Origin: Gemmatimonadota bacterium
Lineage (GTDB): Bacteria > Gemmatimonadota > Gemmatimonadetes > Gemmatimonadales > GWC2-71-9
DNA: 64,000 nucleotides
Reading direction: 5' to 3'
NCBI GenBank assembly: GCA_039588295.1
Contig: JBDHAB010000003.1
Coordinates: 32,001-96,000, forward strand
Shown in pieces: positions 10,313 to 19,386 of the stretch (position 1 is its first letter; every line of letters starts with the position of its first letter). The notes under the pieces are model-generated. The model saw only the letters and a program-made list of their open reading frames with translations, was not told the origin of the DNA and did no database searches. The position numbers and the translations under genes were made by a program.

Positions 10313-11010
10313 GGTACCGCCCGATCCTCGCTGCCGGCTCGCTGTTCCGAGCCGACCGCGACACCCAAGTGGGCCAGATGGAGCACCTCTGCTGGTGTTA
10401 CCAGCGAACGGAGCCCTGCTGCCACCCCTCCGTCCACAACCGGCGCAAACGCCGGGGTGCGTGCACTCGCGTGTGCGGTGGTGAGGTCACGCGGCGTTGC
10501 GGTCACGGTGATCTGACTGAATCCTGGACGATCCGAACGGAGTCCCAACACCGTAACCACTGTCACCTCTCGACGCTCCAGGCCTTCGATGATGAACATA
10601 CCGTCGACCGGCTCGTGGGGCTCGTCGGGGCCAATTTGAGCCCAGAACCACTGCTCCGGGAGCTGCACGTAGCAGGCGCCGCCCGGCACGTGGACCGGGT
10701 CGTCCGATCCGGCGTCGTCGAGTGCGGCCTCGATCTGTGCGCGGGAGACGGTGAGTAGCGGTTCCCCGGCGGCCCAGAACCGGTAGGCGGCGTAGAGCGC
10801 CGAAAGATATTCACTGGCTGCCTCGAGGTCCCGCTCGATGATGTCCGGCGTCTCGACTTGCTCGAGGAGATGCTGTGTGGCACGGACCGCGGCGAACTGC
10901 GTCCGATCTGCGGTGTCACGGTGCGCGAGCCGCGCTTCCTCCCGTATCGCGGGGAACTGCTCGCGAGCGAAATCGGCGAACGCATGCGCAAACGGCTGCA
11001 ATCGCGTCAC
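10309..11010 (-). CDS. Hypothetical protein
   Basis: GTG start overlaps the upstream stop (GTGA) and its stop overlaps the nth start; protein-like composition; no family recognised. Confidence 0.7.
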   Translation of the reverse strand: MTRLQPFAHAFADFAREQFPAIREEARLAHRDTADRTQFAAVRATQHLLEQVETPDIIERDLEAASEYLSALYAAYRFWAAGEPLLTVSRAQIEAALDDAGSDDPVHVPGGACYVQLPEQWFWAQIGPDEPHEPVDGMFIIEGLERREVTVVTVLGLRSDRPGFSQITVTATPRDLTTAHASARTPAFAPVVDGGVAAGLRSLVTPAEVLHLAHLGVAVGSEQRAGSEDRAVP

Positions 11011-11876
11011 GATCGTTTGGGCAGAAAATCGTCGAGGACCCGAAAGAACGTGTCGAATTCCTCGACGTGGGGCACGTGCCCGGATTGCTCGAACACTTCC
11101 AACCGTGCGCCAAGGCAACCAGCCACATGTTCGGCCGTTTCCAGCGGGATAGGATCGTGGCGGCCATGCACGATGAGTGCCGGCACCGACAAGCCGCACA
11201 GCTCATCGACTTCCGCGCTGAGATCGGACTGCCGAATGCTCTCCCACACCGCCTGTCGGGTTCGCCCCGTGACGCGAAACGGTGTCAGATCTCTGGCGTG
11301 CTCCGGGTCTCGGAAATACCCAGCGACCGACAGCTCGAACGCGCGCTTGCGATAGGCGTCGACGTCCTGCTCGCGGAGCCCGGAGCGCCGTAGCTCCTCC
11401 CGTGCCTCGCGCACGTCTGGGTGGGCCAAACGTTCCGCAAGCCGCCGTTGGAACTCGGCGCGGTGTTCCTGATTGAGCGGCGCGGGGGCCACCAACGCGA
11501 GCCGGGCAACGCGTTCTGGATAGGTTGCCGTGTAGAGCAGAGCCAGGAGTCCGCCCCAAGAGTACCCGAGGAGTGTAGCACGTGCGATCCGCCAGTGATC
11601 GATGAGCGCGTTCAGGTCCTCGACATGCTCGCGCCACCCAACGGGCACGCCGCGTGGCACCGGTGAACGGCCACCCCCTCGCTGATCGTAGTACCGGAGA
11701 CGGCGCCCACGCGCCAGCGTGTCGAATTGCGGCAGCAGGTAATCATGGTGCGCGCCGGGGCCGCCGTGAAGGACCACCACGTCCGGGCCGGTGCCGACGA
11801 CCCTGACGTAGAGGGCGACGCCGTTGACGGAGACCTGGCCCTCAGCTATCGGCAGAGACGGAGAGTCCGCCGTCAC
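11007..11876 (-). CDS. Alpha/beta hydrolase, proline iminopeptidase-like (S33)
   Basis: LHGGPG, YDQRGGGRS, GYSWGG nucleophile elbow, SGHVPH. Confidence 0.85.
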   Translation of the reverse strand: MTADSPSLPIAEGQVSVNGVALYVRVVGTGPDVVVLHGGPGAHHDYLLPQFDTLARGRRLRYYDQRGGGRSPVPRGVPVGWREHVEDLNALIDHWRIARATLLGYSWGGLLALLYTATYPERVARLALVAPAPLNQEHRAEFQRRLAERLAHPDVREAREELRRSGLREQDVDAYRKRAFELSVAGYFRDPEHARDLTPFRVTGRTRQAVWESIRQSDLSAEVDELCGLSVPALIVHGRHDPIPLETAEHVAGCLGARLEVFEQSGHVPHVEEFDTFFRVLDDFLPKRS

Positions 11877-12334
11877 AGCAGGGCAGCGAGCGCGTCCGCG
11901 ACTTCCCGCACCGCGGACACTTCCGTTTCGGGAAATCCGTTCAACACATCGCTGTCGATGTCGATCTCCCCCAGGATTTCATCGTGGCGGCGTATCAGGA
12001 CCACGAGTTCCGACTTGGTCTCTTCGTTGCAGACGACGTAGCCGTCCACCGCGGAGACGTCGGCGATGTTCAGATCGCGGCTCTCGGCGACGGCTCTGCC
12101 GCACACGCCCACCCCGACGGGAATGGTCGTCAGGTCGGTCGGTCGTCCGTCGAACGCCTCGAGCCGCAGCTCGTCGTCCTGCAGCATGTAGATGTACACG
12201 TCGGTGTACGGTGGTCCCGACCTGCGAATCCGGGTCGCCGCACGCTCGAGGAGCTCCTGGCGCGATGCGTCCCGGCAGAAGGCGCCCTGGAGCGCTCGAA
12301 TGACAGGCTCAGGTTTGAGGACCGCGTCTGCCAC
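11873..12334 (-). CDS. GAF-domain protein, free methionine-(R)-sulfoxide reductase (MsrC)-like
   Basis: IPVGVGVCGRA, YVVC..TKSELVV, GEIDIDS motifs. Confidence 0.75.
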   Translation of the reverse strand: MADAVLKPEPVIRALQGAFCRDASRQELLERAATRIRRSGPPYTDVYIYMLQDDELRLEAFDGRPTDLTTIPVGVGVCGRAVAESRDLNIADVSAVDGYVVCNEETKSELVVLIRRHDEILGEIDIDSDVLNGFPETEVSAVREVADALAALL

Positions 12335-12336
12335 TA

Positions 12337-13620
12337 CTACTTCAGCGTCGCCTCGGTCTCCATCCGCTCGCCCTCGCGGAGGAAGATGATGGTGACGGTC
12401 TCGCCCCGCTTGTAGGTCGTCAGGGCTTCCTGGAGGCCATTGAGGTCTTTCACCTGAACCTCACCGATTTGCACGATGATGTCGCTCGCCCTGAGGCCAG
12501 CCTCCTCCGCTGCCGTGCCAGGACGCACTGCCTGGAGCCGCAGCCCGCCCGGTGACCCCATCATGTCCGGCACGGTTCCGAGAGACGCACGACGTCCGCG
12601 ACTGGGCGGCTTGGGAACGCTCGCGTAGGTCAGTCGCGCCTCACCCTTGGCGAGCTCCCATGCTATGTCCACCGCGAACTCGGTAACGCGCACGATACCA
12701 GCGGCGTTGATCTTCTCCCAATCATCGCCCGGATTGTGATAGTCCGGATGGACGTTGGTGTAGAAGTGCATGACGGGCATGCCTTGCCCGTAGAACACAT
12801 AGTGGTCACTGCTGCCCCAGGGGTCCTCCTGCTTGCCGATCTCGAATCCGTAATCCTCGTTCACGCGGTCGAGTAGCTCAGGAATCTGCGGTGCAGAACC
12901 GGTACCGCCGATCACGAGGCTGTCCCCGCGCAGTCGACCCACCATGTCGAAGTTGAGCATGACAGCGGCGGAGTCATGGGGCAGCACCGGGTTGGCCGCA
13001 TAGTATTGCGAGCCGATTGTGCCCAACTCTTCGGCAGTGAACGCGAGGAAGACAAAAGTCCGTTGACTCGGTGCCTCGCGATTGGCCAGCAGCTGCGCTG
13101 CGAGGAGCAATGCCGAGGTACCGGAGGCGTTGTCATCGGCCCCGTTGTGCACCTTGTCTTCAGGCATTGAGTCGGTAGAGAATCCTGCGTACGGGCCGAT
13201 TCCCATGCCCAGATGGTCGTAGTGAGCGCCCAGCACCACGACCTGGCCCGCGAGCTTCCCGTGGCCCGGGAGAATGCCGATGACATTCCTGATGCTTGCT
13301 TCACCGAGGCCGCCGTGTGCCAGCGCTGGCGCGGTGGGATCGAGCTGCCATTGTTGGAAGTATCCGTCCGTGCCGGCGGGCTGAAGCCCGATCTCCTCGA
13401 ACCGTTTGGCAAGGTATGCGGCCGCCTCCTCGAGGCCTTCGGTGCCGACGCCGCGACCGTCACGCGCATCGTCGGCGAGGAAACGGAGATCACTCAACAC
13501 CTGGGCGACGGTCTCTTCGGAGGCGGTCGCGGTGGCCTGCCCTGGCAGCCGTTCGGCCGTTACGAGGAATACTGCCAGCGCAAGTGCCCCCGCACGTTTG
13601 ATCAGTTGGTCTCGCGTCAT
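12337..13620 (-). CDS. Secreted M28 peptidase with C-terminal PDZ domain
   Basis: Signal peptide after ATG 13620; GAHYDHLG, NGADDNASG, AEELG, NFDMVGR, SDH motifs; PDZ (SLGTVPD..AGLRASDIIV). Confidence 0.88.
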   Translation of the reverse strand: MTRDQLIKRAGALALAVFLVTAERLPGQATATASEETVAQVLSDLRFLADDARDGRGVGTEGLEEAAAYLAKRFEEIGLQPAGTDGYFQQWQLDPTAPALAHGGLGEASIRNVIGILPGHGKLAGQVVVLGAHYDHLGMGIGPYAGFSTDSMPEDKVHNGADDNASGTSALLLAAQLLANREAPSQRTFVFLAFTAEELGTIGSQYYAANPVLPHDSAAVMLNFDMVGRLRGDSLVIGGTGSAPQIPELLDRVNEDYGFEIGKQEDPWGSSDHYVFYGQGMPVMHFYTNVHPDYHNPGDDWEKINAAGIVRVTEFAVDIAWELAKGEARLTYASVPKPPSRGRRASLGTVPDMMGSPGGLRLQAVRPGTAAEEAGLRASDIIVQIGEVQVKDLNGLQEALTTYKRGETVTIIFLREGERMETEATLK

Positions 13621-13764
13621 GACTACGTCTTTGGTTTGAATGGGTTGCCGTTGGATTCCGACCGCCAAGCCCGTCGTCCCCGCCTGCCCCGACCCTGCCC
13701 CGCCGGCGACCGTTCGATCTATCTTTGTGCGACCCCAAAAGGTAATAGGAAGGTCCACTGTACC

Positions 13765-14349
13765 ATGAACCGGCTGCCCACTCGTCTGCTTGCCCTCATC
13801 CCGCTCGCGGTGGGCATCAACCTGGCAATGGGAAAGTTCGCCGTCGCCGTCTCGCTCCCGCTGTTCCTGGATACCATCGGAACGGTGTTGGTGGCGGCGC
13901 TCGTGGGCCCCGTTGCGGCCGTGATCACCGGACTGGTTTCCCAGACGGCGTTCACCGTCATCGACGGTCGGCTCATGTGGATGGCCTTCCTGCCCGTCCA
14001 GCTTGGCGTAGCGCTCTACGCGGGTTGGATGGCCCGGCTTGGTATGTTCGCGTCCGTCGGGCGAGCCGCGGCGAGCGGGCTCGGGCTCGGCCTGCTTGCA
14101 GCGACGCTCTCCTGGCCGATCGCCTTGCTGCTGTTCGGTGGAGTGACCGCCGGGGGCGTGACCATCGTGACCACGCTGCTCACGGTGGTTGGCGTTCCAC
14201 TGAAGTGGGCCGTCTATGGCGCGAGCCTCAGCAACGATCTGCTGGATAAGTGTGTCACGTTCCTGCTGGTGCACGTGATTCTCATGTCCCTGCCCAAGCG
14301 CATGGCGGCGCGGTTTCCCGCGGCTGACCGCGCCCGAGGTCGGGTATGA
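13765..14349 (+). CDS. ECF transporter S component, QrtT-like
   Basis: Highly hydrophobic; LPLFLDTIGT..GP, LFGGVT and DLLDK motifs resemble QrtT-type S components; first gene of an S-T-A-A' cluster. Confidence 0.75.
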   Translation: MNRLPTRLLALIPLAVGINLAMGKFAVAVSLPLFLDTIGTVLVAALVGPVAAVITGLVSQTAFTVIDGRLMWMAFLPVQLGVALYAGWMARLGMFASVGRAAASGLGLGLLAATLSWPIALLLFGGVTAGGVTIVTTLLTVVGVPLKWAVYGASLSNDLLDKCVTFLLVHVILMSLPKRMAARFPAADRARGRV

Positions 14350-15059
14350 TTGTCGTCGGGTACCGGCCGGGGGTCAGCCTGCTGCATCGCGCGCACCCGT
14401 TCACCAACCTCACGCTCGCGGGGACGGTGGTCGTGCTTGCCTTCGCGTTGCCGGTACCGATCGGTCCGTTGGTGCTGACGGGGGTCCTGGTGGCGTTCGC
14501 GCTCGTCGCCGGGCTGCCCCGTGTCCTGGCAACGGCGCTCGCATTTGCGGCGCCGTTCTGGCTGTTTCTCACGCTGATTCACGTGGTATTCGGTGATAGC
14601 CCCATGCGCGCGCTGACGGTCGGCGGACAGATCACGGCCATCCTGATCGCCTTCCTCCTCGCGCTCACGGCGGTTCACCCGGCACGTCTGGTTGACGCGC
14701 TCTTGGATCGTGGGGTGCCGTTCGCGTTCGCGTATCTGCTGGCCGCAACGCTCCAATCGGTTCCGAGGCTGCAGGAGCGAGCCGGTGCGATCCTCGATGC
14801 GCAACGATGCCGAGGACTCAACGTGACGGGTTCGCTGTGGCGGCGCGCGCGCGCGGTGGTCCCGCTCGCTGTACCTCTGGTGCTGGGGGCGCTCGCCGAA
14901 GTAGACGAGCGCACCGTGGCACTCGAAGCGCGGGGGGCGGCATCGGCGGCCCGACGCACGGCACTGGATCCACCACCCGACACCGCCGTGCAGCGCACGC
15001 TTCGGTGGGGGTTCCTCGCTGCGGCGATTGCGGTGGTTGTCGCTCGGATCGTCCAATGA
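14346..15059 (+). CDS. ecfT: ECF transporter T component (EcfT/CbiQ)
   Basis: SLLHRAHP start; AQRCRG and LEARG coupling-helix motifs. Confidence 0.9.
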   Translation: MIVVGYRPGVSLLHRAHPFTNLTLAGTVVVLAFALPVPIGPLVLTGVLVAFALVAGLPRVLATALAFAAPFWLFLTLIHVVFGDSPMRALTVGGQITAILIAFLLALTAVHPARLVDALLDRGVPFAFAYLLAATLQSVPRLQERAGAILDAQRCRGLNVTGSLWRRARAVVPLAVPLVLGALAEVDERTVALEARGAASAARRTALDPPPDTAVQRTLRWGFLAAAIAVVVARIVQ

Positions 15060-15874
15060 GCGTCGAGTTCTCGTCTCTCACCTTCCGATACCCGGGCGCC
15101 GACGGTGATGCGCTCCGGAACGTCAGCACGGCGTTCGAGCCCGGCCAGGTGACGCTGGTGACGGGCGCGCTTGGATCGGGTTGCAGCACGTTACTCCTGG
15201 CCGCCGCCGGCCTCGTTCCGCATGTCACGGGTGGGAAATGCACCGGGACGATCACGACGTTGCGACACGATCCGGCTTCGCCGGAAGGACGCAGAGTGTT
15301 GGCGGGTCGGGTCGGCACACTGCTCCCCACGCCGTGGACACAGTTGTCCGGAATGTCCTACACCGTCGGTGAGGAGGTAGCGTTCGGCCCGGCGAACCTC
15401 GGTTGGAGCCGCGACCGGATTGCGCATGCCGTCAGCTCGGCACTCGATCTGGTGGGAGCGGCGACGCTGATCGCGCGGGATCCTCGGACGTTGTCGGGGG
15501 GTGAGCTGCAACGGGTGATGCTGGCGGCGATCGTCGCCATGGATCCGGAGGTCTACCTGCTCGACGAGCCGACGCTCGAGCTCGACCCGGTGGGTGCGCG
15601 GACCGTCTACCGTCTGCTTCCCGAGATTGCGCGCGAGAAGACGGTAGTCCTCGCATCGACGGACGTCGACCGCGCCGTGGACGTCGTGGGCCGCGTGGTA
15701 GTGCTCGATCGTGGGCAGGTCGTGGCGGACGGCTCACCCGACGCCGTGCTCGGGATCCCGGGCGCGGTTGCAAGCGGGCGCAGCACCACCGTAGCGGAGC
15801 TTGCCCGAACTGCCGGCCTCAAACCGCCGTACCCCTTGTCGGTGCCGGCGGCGGTGGAACGGCTGGCATCATGA
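15056..15874 (+). CDS. ECF ATPase subunit A (degenerate Walker A, Q-loop and H-loop)
   Basis: ATG 15056; GALGSGCST, EVAFGP, LSGGE, LLDEP, LASTD. Confidence 0.85.
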   Translation: MSVEFSSLTFRYPGADGDALRNVSTAFEPGQVTLVTGALGSGCSTLLLAAAGLVPHVTGGKCTGTITTLRHDPASPEGRRVLAGRVGTLLPTPWTQLSGMSYTVGEEVAFGPANLGWSRDRIAHAVSSALDLVGAATLIARDPRTLSGGELQRVMLAAIVAMDPEVYLLDEPTLELDPVGARTVYRLLPEIAREKTVVLASTDVDRAVDVVGRVVVLDRGQVVADGSPDAVLGIPGAVASGRSTTVAELARTAGLKPPYPLSVPAAVERLAS

Positions 15875-16680
15875 CTGCGCTGCGATTCGAAGACGTGTGG
15901 TTCGGATATGGGGACACGCCAGTGCTTCACGGTGTCTCCCTGTCTCTCGAGGAGGGGGAGACGGTCGCGCTACTGGGTCGAAACGGCGCGGGGAAGACGA
16001 CGCTCACCAAGTTGATCGTTGCGCTGCTCCGTCCGGAGCGCGGCACCGTCTGGGTCGGTGAGCGCACGACGCAGGGGCGATCGCCGGAGCAGGTGGCGCG
16101 CCGCGTCGCCTACGTCTTCCAACATCCGGATCAGCAGCTCTTTGCGCGCACCGTTCACGCGGAAGTCGCGTTTGGTCCGCGGCAGCAGGGTCTCGATGCA
16201 GCCGCGGCGGAACTCGTGGTGCGGGAGGCGCTCCGCCGGGTCGGGCTGGACGCAATGCGCGAAGAGCATCCGTATGACCTGCCCGCCGCCCAGCGCAAGC
16301 TCGTGACGCTCGGTGCCGCCATTGCGCAGCGACCGCGGGTGTTGGTGCTCGATGAACCGACCCAAGGACTGGATCGGGCGGGGGCACGACGCGTCATGGA
16401 TGTCGTTCGGCGAATGTCGGAGGATGGAGTCACGGTGCTGGCGGTTACCCACGATCTCGCCTTCGTGGCCGAATCCCTCGATCGTGCCGTGGTCCTGGCC
16501 GATGGACGGATCGTGTTCGACGGAACGGCCGCGGAGCTCGTCCGCAGCGAGCCCCGCGCCATGGAGCTTGGCCTGGAGGTCCCGCCGGCAGCGCGACTGG
16601 CGCAAGCGCTCAAGCTCCCGCAGGCGCCCGTGCGGGTACGGGACGTTGCCGCAGCCCTCACGGCACGCGGACGCGACTGA
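15871..16680 (+). CDS. ECF ATPase subunit A'
   Basis: GRNGAGKTT, VFQHP, HPYDLPAAQ, VLDEPT, VTHDL. Confidence 0.9.
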   Translation: MTALRFEDVWFGYGDTPVLHGVSLSLEEGETVALLGRNGAGKTTLTKLIVALLRPERGTVWVGERTTQGRSPEQVARRVAYVFQHPDQQLFARTVHAEVAFGPRQQGLDAAAAELVVREALRRVGLDAMREEHPYDLPAAQRKLVTLGAAIAQRPRVLVLDEPTQGLDRAGARRVMDVVRRMSEDGVTVLAVTHDLAFVAESLDRAVVLADGRIVFDGTAAELVRSEPRAMELGLEVPPAARLAQALKLPQAPVRVRDVAAALTARGRD

Positions 16681-16763
16681 CGGGACCAGGCCCGCCGTGC
16701 CGGGGCGGCGTTTCGGCATCTGCGTTGCCGGCGCGTTTTCTGCATCGTATCTTGGCAATCCCC

Positions 16764-18311
16764 ATGCAAGATGAAGCACGCCTCGCCATTCTGATGGGTC
16801 GGGTCATCGGCCTGCTGCGATCCTCTTCGGAGGGGATGGAGGATCACAAGGCCGCGCTCCAAGCGGTCTCCGAGTTGACGGCTCGGGGAAGCATGACCGT
16901 GCGTGTCGAGGGGGGCGAGCTTTCGGTGGAGGGCGTGCCGATTCCCTCGGACACACCGTTTGCAGGGGAGCTGGCTCGGCAACTCGCGGCTCATGACATC
17001 GCGGCGCTCGCCATCTCCCACGGTACGCTTGCCGTCGACATGCTGCAGGTGTTGCGTGAGATCGCGCTCGACCCGAGCAACTACCCGGTCGGCTCCGACG
17101 CCGAGCAGCGCATTCGTGAGGCAGGAATCGCCAGCGTCTTCCTCATCACGGCTCAGGCCGACAAGGCGACGAAGGAGCGCGCCGACCGGCGGATCAGCGA
17201 CGCCGTCCGACGCTCGCGCACGATGTCGGCCGAGGACGCTCGTCGGCCCCCCGACATGACCGTCGTGCCATCGGTCGATGGCGCAGCGTACGATGAGATG
17301 GTACGGCACATTCGGGCATCGGCGTCGACCACGTTGGCTGGCTCGGTGGGGAAGCTCCGCAAGGAGGATCCGGGGCCTTCGCTCATGATGCGGCTCGAGG
17401 CGGTGCAGCACGCCATCGCCAACGCTATGCGAGAAGACAATGTCCCGCAGGGGCTGGAGGCGATTCTCGTGCTCATCAAGGAGGAGGAGGAGGCCGAGCA
17501 CGACGAATCGCGGCGTGCGTTTGCCATTACGCTTCGACGGGTACTGACGCGCGACACGCTGCGGCGATTGGCACCGTTTCTCGTGGACGAGATCTACACC
17601 GAGGACGTTGACAAGATCATGCGCCGCGCCGGCACGGAGGGCACACGCATCCTGCTCGAGATGCTGGTTGCGGCACCGACGTTTGCCGAGCGGAAGGCCT
17701 ACCTGACGGCGCTCCGAGGCATCGAGGAAGGCACGGACGTCATTGCCAGCATGCTGAACCACTCCGAGTGGTTTGTCGTGCGCAATGCCGCCGATTTGGT
17801 CGGTGAGCTCGGCATTCTGGATGCCATCCCTGCGCTCGGCAGAGCGACTGAGCATGACGATCCGCGGGTCCGGGGCTCGGTCGCACTCGCACTCGGGAAA
17901 CTCGGAACACCGGAGGCGGGCCGATACCTGCGGACCGCGTTGCGTGATAATGACCGAGACGTGCGGCTTGCCGCCGCCCGCGCGATCGAGGGGCGTGGCC
18001 TGAGCGGTCTCGCCATGGTATTGCTCAACGCCACGGACGGGGAAGAGGACCCTGAGATCCTCGGCGAGGATCTCAGGGCTCTGGGACGCATTGGAACCCC
18101 CGATGCGGTCCGCGCGCTCGTCGAGATCGCACAGCCAGGCAAAGGAATGCTCGGTCGGAAGTCGACGGACCGCCGCCGGGCCGCGACGGAGGGGCTCGGG
18201 CTTGCCGGAGGGGACACCGCCCGCGAGGCACTCGAGCAGCTCGCGCAGGACCGTGACCGGGAGGTTCGGGAGGCGGCTCGGCAGGGCCTCCGGTCCCGAC
18301 CGCTACCCTAG
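16764..18311 (+). CDS. HEAT-repeat protein
   Basis: WFVVRNAADLVG, DPRVRGSVALALG, DRDVRLAAARA, DREVREAA repeats. Confidence 0.8.
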   Translation: MQDEARLAILMGRVIGLLRSSSEGMEDHKAALQAVSELTARGSMTVRVEGGELSVEGVPIPSDTPFAGELARQLAAHDIAALAISHGTLAVDMLQVLREIALDPSNYPVGSDAEQRIREAGIASVFLITAQADKATKERADRRISDAVRRSRTMSAEDARRPPDMTVVPSVDGAAYDEMVRHIRASASTTLAGSVGKLRKEDPGPSLMMRLEAVQHAIANAMREDNVPQGLEAILVLIKEEEEAEHDESRRAFAITLRRVLTRDTLRRLAPFLVDEIYTEDVDKIMRRAGTEGTRILLEMLVAAPTFAERKAYLTALRGIEEGTDVIASMLNHSEWFVVRNAADLVGELGILDAIPALGRATEHDDPRVRGSVALALGKLGTPEAGRYLRTALRDNDRDVRLAAARAIEGRGLSGLAMVLLNATDGEEDPEILGEDLRALGRIGTPDAVRALVEIAQPGKGMLGRKSTDRRRAATEGLGLAGGDTAREALEQLAQDRDREVREAARQGLRSRPLP

Positions 18312-18318
18312 ACGCTGC

Positions 18319-19386
18319 TCACCGCGGCGTGAAGTCTGTCCGCGCCGTGACACTCCGTGTGAATGCCGCCAACAACTTCGCCGTTCGCTCCAGATCGGCG
18401 GTCGCGACCATCTCGTTCGGGCTGTGCATGTAGCGGTTGGGCACCGAAATGAGGCCGGTCGGTATGCCCCGCTGCGCGGTGTAGATCACGTCCGCGTCGG
18501 TACCGGTGTCGCGGGGCGCCGCACTGATGGCGTACGGGATTCCCGCCCTCTCGGCTGTCTCGACGAGCATCTCAAACACCACTGGATTGACCGCCGACCC
18601 GCGTGAGAGCACGGGACCCCCATTCAGACGCACGTCGCCGTGCTCCTTCTTCTCGACATTCGGATGATCCGTAGCATGCGTGACGTCCACGACGAGTGCG
18701 ACGGCGGGGTCGAGGTCGGTCGCACTCGTTCGGGCACCGCCACCCAGCACCGCGATTTCCTCCTGCGTTGTCGCAACGGCAAATACCCCGGCTTTGGGTC
18801 GTCTCCGAGCCAGCAGGCGCAGTGCCTCGAGCACCACGAATGCGCCGATCCGATTGTCAATGCTGCGGGACACGATTCGCCCGTTCGGCAGCTCGATCGC
18901 CGAGGCTGCAAGGACAGCTGGGTCACCGACGCGGACACGCTTCAATGCGTCGGCTTTGGTCTTCGCACCGATGTCGATCCACAAGTCGCTCAACTTGCTG
19001 GCTCGGTCACGATCTTCGTTGCGAATCAGGTGGATCGCCTTCTTGCCAACCACGCCGTCGATCATGCGAGTGCGTGACAGAATCCGGACGCGCTGCCCCA
19101 CGAGCACTTGAGGGTCCCATCCGCCGATCGTGGAGAAATGGAGATATCCGTCGTCGTCGATATGGACGATCATCAACCCGATCTCATCGATGTGACCCGC
19201 GAACATGACGCGCGGCTCGGCGTCCGGATTGATGGAAGCGGTCGAGTTGCCGGAGATATCGGTCGTGACGTGGTCGGCGAATTCACCCGCTTCCGCGCGC
19301 CACACGCGTGCGGGACCCGTTTCGAAGCCGGAGGGTCCGGCAGCATCCAGGAGACGCTTCAAGAACTCGAGAGACCGCGCTCTCAT
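18319..19386 (-). CDS. M42 family (TET-like) aminopeptidase
   Basis: GPSGFE, AGHIDEIG, IDNRIG, TQEE, VDVTHA, RYMHSPNE motifs. Confidence 0.92.
   Translation of the reverse strand: MRARSLEFLKRLLDAAGPSGFETGPARVWRAEAGEFADHVTTDISGNSTASINPDAEPRVMFAGHIDEIGLMIVHIDDDGYLHFSTIGGWDPQVLVGQRVRILSRTRMIDGVVGKKAIHLIRNEDRDRASKLSDLWIDIGAKTKADALKRVRVGDPAVLAASAIELPNGRIVSRSIDNRIGAFVVLEALRLLARRRPKAGVFAVATTQEEIAVLGGGARTSATDLDPAVALVVDVTHATDHPNVEKKEHGDVRLNGGPVLSRGSAVNPVVFEMLVETAERAGIPYAISAAPRDTGTDADVIYTAQRGIPTGLISVPNRYMHSPNEMVATADLERTAKLLAAFTRSVTARTDFTPR

Noticed and set aside
13676..13710. TGCCCCG-type ~10-nt repeats
   Set aside because: Only three degenerate units in GC-rich DNA with no inverted arm; not distinguishable from chance.
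13715..13764. preQ1-I riboswitch before the QrtT-like gene
   Set aside because: No matching stem-loop consensus or A-rich 3' tail.
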